Shown here piece after piece: positions 60,899-64,000 of a DNA stretch of 64,000 nucleotides (within the stretch, counting starts at the first letter, position 1; each line of letters opens with the position of its first letter). Both the position numbers and the translations under genes were made by a program. Origin of the DNA: Phyllobates terribilis (Eukaryota); NCBI RefSeq assembly GCF_046119375.1, contig NW_027362769.1, positions 51,708,001-51,772,000 of the forward strand, in the 5' to 3' direction. The notes under the pieces were generated by a model, which worked only from the letters and a program-made list of their open reading frames with translations, ran no database searches and had not been told where the DNA came from.

Positions 60899-63361
60899 AG
60901 TTAATTTTTTACGCTGTTCCTCGTGCGGTATAAGTAATTAGACGACTTTATTCTTCGGGTCGGTGCGATTACAGCGATACCAGATTCATATAGGGCTTTT
61001 ATGACTGACAGCTGTCACACACTAAAAGATGCTTTTTTTTTGCAAAGACTAGTTTTTGCATCGCCATATTTTGAGAGCTATAATTTTTCCATATTTCGGC
61101 TGACAGAGTCATGTGATGGCTTGTTTTTTGCAGGACGAGTTGACATTTTTATTCGTACCATTTTCAGGCATGTGAAATTTTTTGATCGCTTTCTATTCCG
61201 ATTTTTGGGAGGCAGAATAAATAAAAACCAACAATTCAGGAATTGTTTTTTTTTTTATGCCGTTCTGCGTGTGTTAAGATTGATAAGGTAGCTTTATTCT
61301 TCGAGTCAGTACGTTTACAGCGGTATCACATTTATATAGCTTTTTTTATGTTTTGCCGCTTTTACACAATAAAAGCTATTTTATAGAAAAAAAAATTTTT
61401 TTGCATTGCTTTATTCTGAGAGCTATACATTTTTTATTTTTCGGCTGATGGAGCTGTGTTGTGGCTTGTTTTTTGAGGGACAAGATGAAATTTTCAGCGG
61501 TACCATTTTTATTTACACTTATCTTTTTGATTGTGTTTTATCTATTTTTTTGTTTGGTATGATGATAAAGCATAGTTTTTTGCTTCGTTTTTTTTTACCG
61601 TGTTCACTAAAGGGGTTAACTAGGGGGAACAGTTTTATAGGTTAGGTCGTTCCGGACGCGGCGATACCAAATATGTGTACTTGTATTATTTTTTCGTTTT
61701 TTTAGAATAATATTTATTCATGGGTACAATATATTTTTATTTTTTTGGGATTACTTTTCTCATTTTTTTTTAATATTTAAAAAAAAAAATTCACTTTCCG
61801 ATACTTTTTTAACTTTTACACTTTGTCCCACTATGGGACTTTCATTTCTTCATCCAGATCGCTTGCATAGCATAGGAATGCTGCAGCAGCATCTCTATGC
61901 TATGCAGGCTGCAGCCCTGCGCGCACAAGTTAGACTGTGCTCTGAGCATGGTCTGCCTAACTTCCTGCATCGGGTCACCATGACAACCACCGTGACACCG
62001 CACAGACAGCGCGGGACACCGTAGAGGAGGTAAGTATCTGCGCTTACCTCCCCTTGCCACCAGAATGCTGCGATCAACTTAGATCGCAGCATTTCGGGGG
62101 TTATTGTGCCGAGAGTGGTACGGGACCGCTCATGGCACATAGTGCCGGGTGTCAGCTGTGACAATCAGCTGACACCCGGCGGCAATCGCTCTTGTGTGCA
62201 GTCGCGATCACAATCTGTGTAATAGTACGTCCCTGGCCCAATAGGCCCAGGGCACAAGGACGTACTATTATCACAAATGTCAGAAAGGGGTCAATAATTA
62301 GAATTCTGGCTTCAAAAAGTCACTTTTCTAGCATTGTAAACCTACAAACTGAAATACGAAATAATTATATGGGATATTTCATGACACCGTTAAAGAGTCA
62401 AAAGACCAAAATCTATTGCATTTGTTATCATATACAAGTCGCCTTGAGGGAATGCATTATTTTCAATTATCTCAAAATCTAGAACAAATTAAGCAAAAGT
62501 AATGGGATTTTTTAATTCAGCGCCCTCAAAATACCCTAAATCCATTCAATAATCTTTGGCACCTGAACAAACAAAATGTTTGTAGACCTGTGTAATCAAT
62601 AAAAAACACAATTATAAAACATTGTGACAAATATTTTACTACACCAAAATAACATCATATCTACAAAATGATAAAAAAGGAACCAGAATTGGTAATGGAA
62701 AAAAATGCTACAAATATCATAGTGGAGTCTGTGAACAGACAGAATTTTATCTTTCAATGCTAGGCACCAGTCGCCAGCCGTAATTTTGTCGTTGCTATGA
62801 CAAACAGGAATTCCTCCAGCCCCAGCCGTGAACTTTATTGTGCTTTTCGCCTTGCATTTCTCAAATCTATCAATAAAGCGTTTTACTCAGAGAAGAATAT
62901 GGCTATATTATATTAGAACTGTGTGCACACAACTATGTGATGTAAATCTCTAATACCATGAGCCATTCATGCTAATCTCTTGGTGACTGGATTTTTTCAC
63001 GTATGACAAAAAACGGACCGATTTTCATCAGAGTATCATATCAGATTTTCATCAGAGTAAAAAAAAAGTTTCTCCACCTTCTATTTAATTTTTAAATAGT
63101 TTGTTAAAAATGGAGAGCACTCGGATGGCATTTGAGTGCTGTCCGATTCTTTTCACGGACCCTTAGACTTCGGTGAGTTTGATCTGACACGAGTATCAAT
63201 ATTGGACATGTCTCCACGATTTTGCCCTCAGTCCAGAAAAAAATCACAGATATGTGAACAGGCCTATAGACAATACTAGGCATGAGTGCTCTCTGTGACA
63301 AACACAGACAGCACTCGTATGTAAACAATGGACATCTGAATGAGCTCTGAATGAGCTCTAA

Positions 63362-63806
63362 GGCTACGTTCCCACGATGAGCTTTTGGTGCATTTTTGAT
63401 GTTGCTGAATTTCTGCACTTTTTTTTTTTCTGCGTTTTTAAACATTTGTTTTTATCACGTTTTTGAACCTGCGTTTTTTGTCTCTTTTTGGTGTGTCATG
63501 CTGTAAATAAAGATGTTTTGTTTTTGATACTACCATATTTTTTGCTTTGACAAAACTTTATTGATATACTTAGGTGCTTTTTTTATCTGCGGAATTTCCT
63601 CACCTAATGCAACTGTATGGGGAAAAGAAATTAACATGCTTCGGATTTGAAAAATGCACTGCAGGTCAGTTTACACGGCATTACAAAGAAGCACAGTGGG
63701 CAGGAGAGTTCTATAAATCCCATCCACTTTGCTGGAACTACAAGACGCTGCGTTTTTGACTCGGAGCGTCAAAAAAGCACCAAAAGCTCATCATGGGAAC
63801 GTAGCC
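63362..63806. mobile_element. PIF/Harbinger-like MITE
   Basis: About 35-bp TIR GGCTACGTTCCCA(C/T)GATGAGCTTTTGGTGC; flanks TAA/TGA; another MITE starts at about 63810. Confidence 0.85.
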
Positions 63807-64000
63807 TGAGGCTAAGTTGCTACGAGTGTTTTGTGTGTTTTTTTGATGTTGTAGATTTTCTGCAGCATTTATACACCAATTAGGTAAATTAGGTTATTTG
63901 CTTTTTTTTATTGCATTTTTAGCACATTTTTGATGCTGCAATTTGGGCTTCTTTTTGGTTCTTGTTATGTCCTGTTTTAAGTTTATCTGCTTGGTTTAGG

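Larger units (their letters stand above)
59056..62290 (+). mobile_element. Non-autonomous piggyBac-type element (copy D)
   Basis: TTAA|CCTCTTTACC ... GAAAGGGG|TCAA; collinear with copy A. Confidence 0.9.

Overview
Vertebrate genomic DNA, most likely anuran (frog); this is inferred from the repeat families and not verified. I found no convincing host gene. Most of the window is a mosaic of nested transposable elements and every coding remnant is disrupted. (1) Two large hAT elements encode BED-finger transposases (2559-6271 and 19758-23061); the second is complete (15481-24610, 12-bp TIRs, perfect 8-bp TSD ACAAGCAA). (2) A Ty3/Gypsy element (LTR 8023-8687, tRNA-Ser PBS, gag, pol) is split at its protease active site by a piggyBac-type insertion. 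(3) One piggyBac family is present as four TTAA-flanked copies, one with a PGBD4-like transposase (41194-42933). (4) There are four Tc1 elements plus fragments, L1 RT and Penelope GIY-YIG remnants, solo LTRs, a V-SINE, and many hAT, Harbinger-like and TTAA (T2/Kolobok-like) MITEs. Many insertion orders can be read from intact TSDs, including two three-level nests. The most unusual signals are three minimal hammerhead-like cores, each followed by AATAAA, two of them in the centre of fold-back DNA structures (one just upstream of a hAT transposase). Also unusual: a hAT element carrying inverted fragments of transposase sequence, and non-autonomous piggyBacs carrying a hAT MITE plus a telomere-like repeat.
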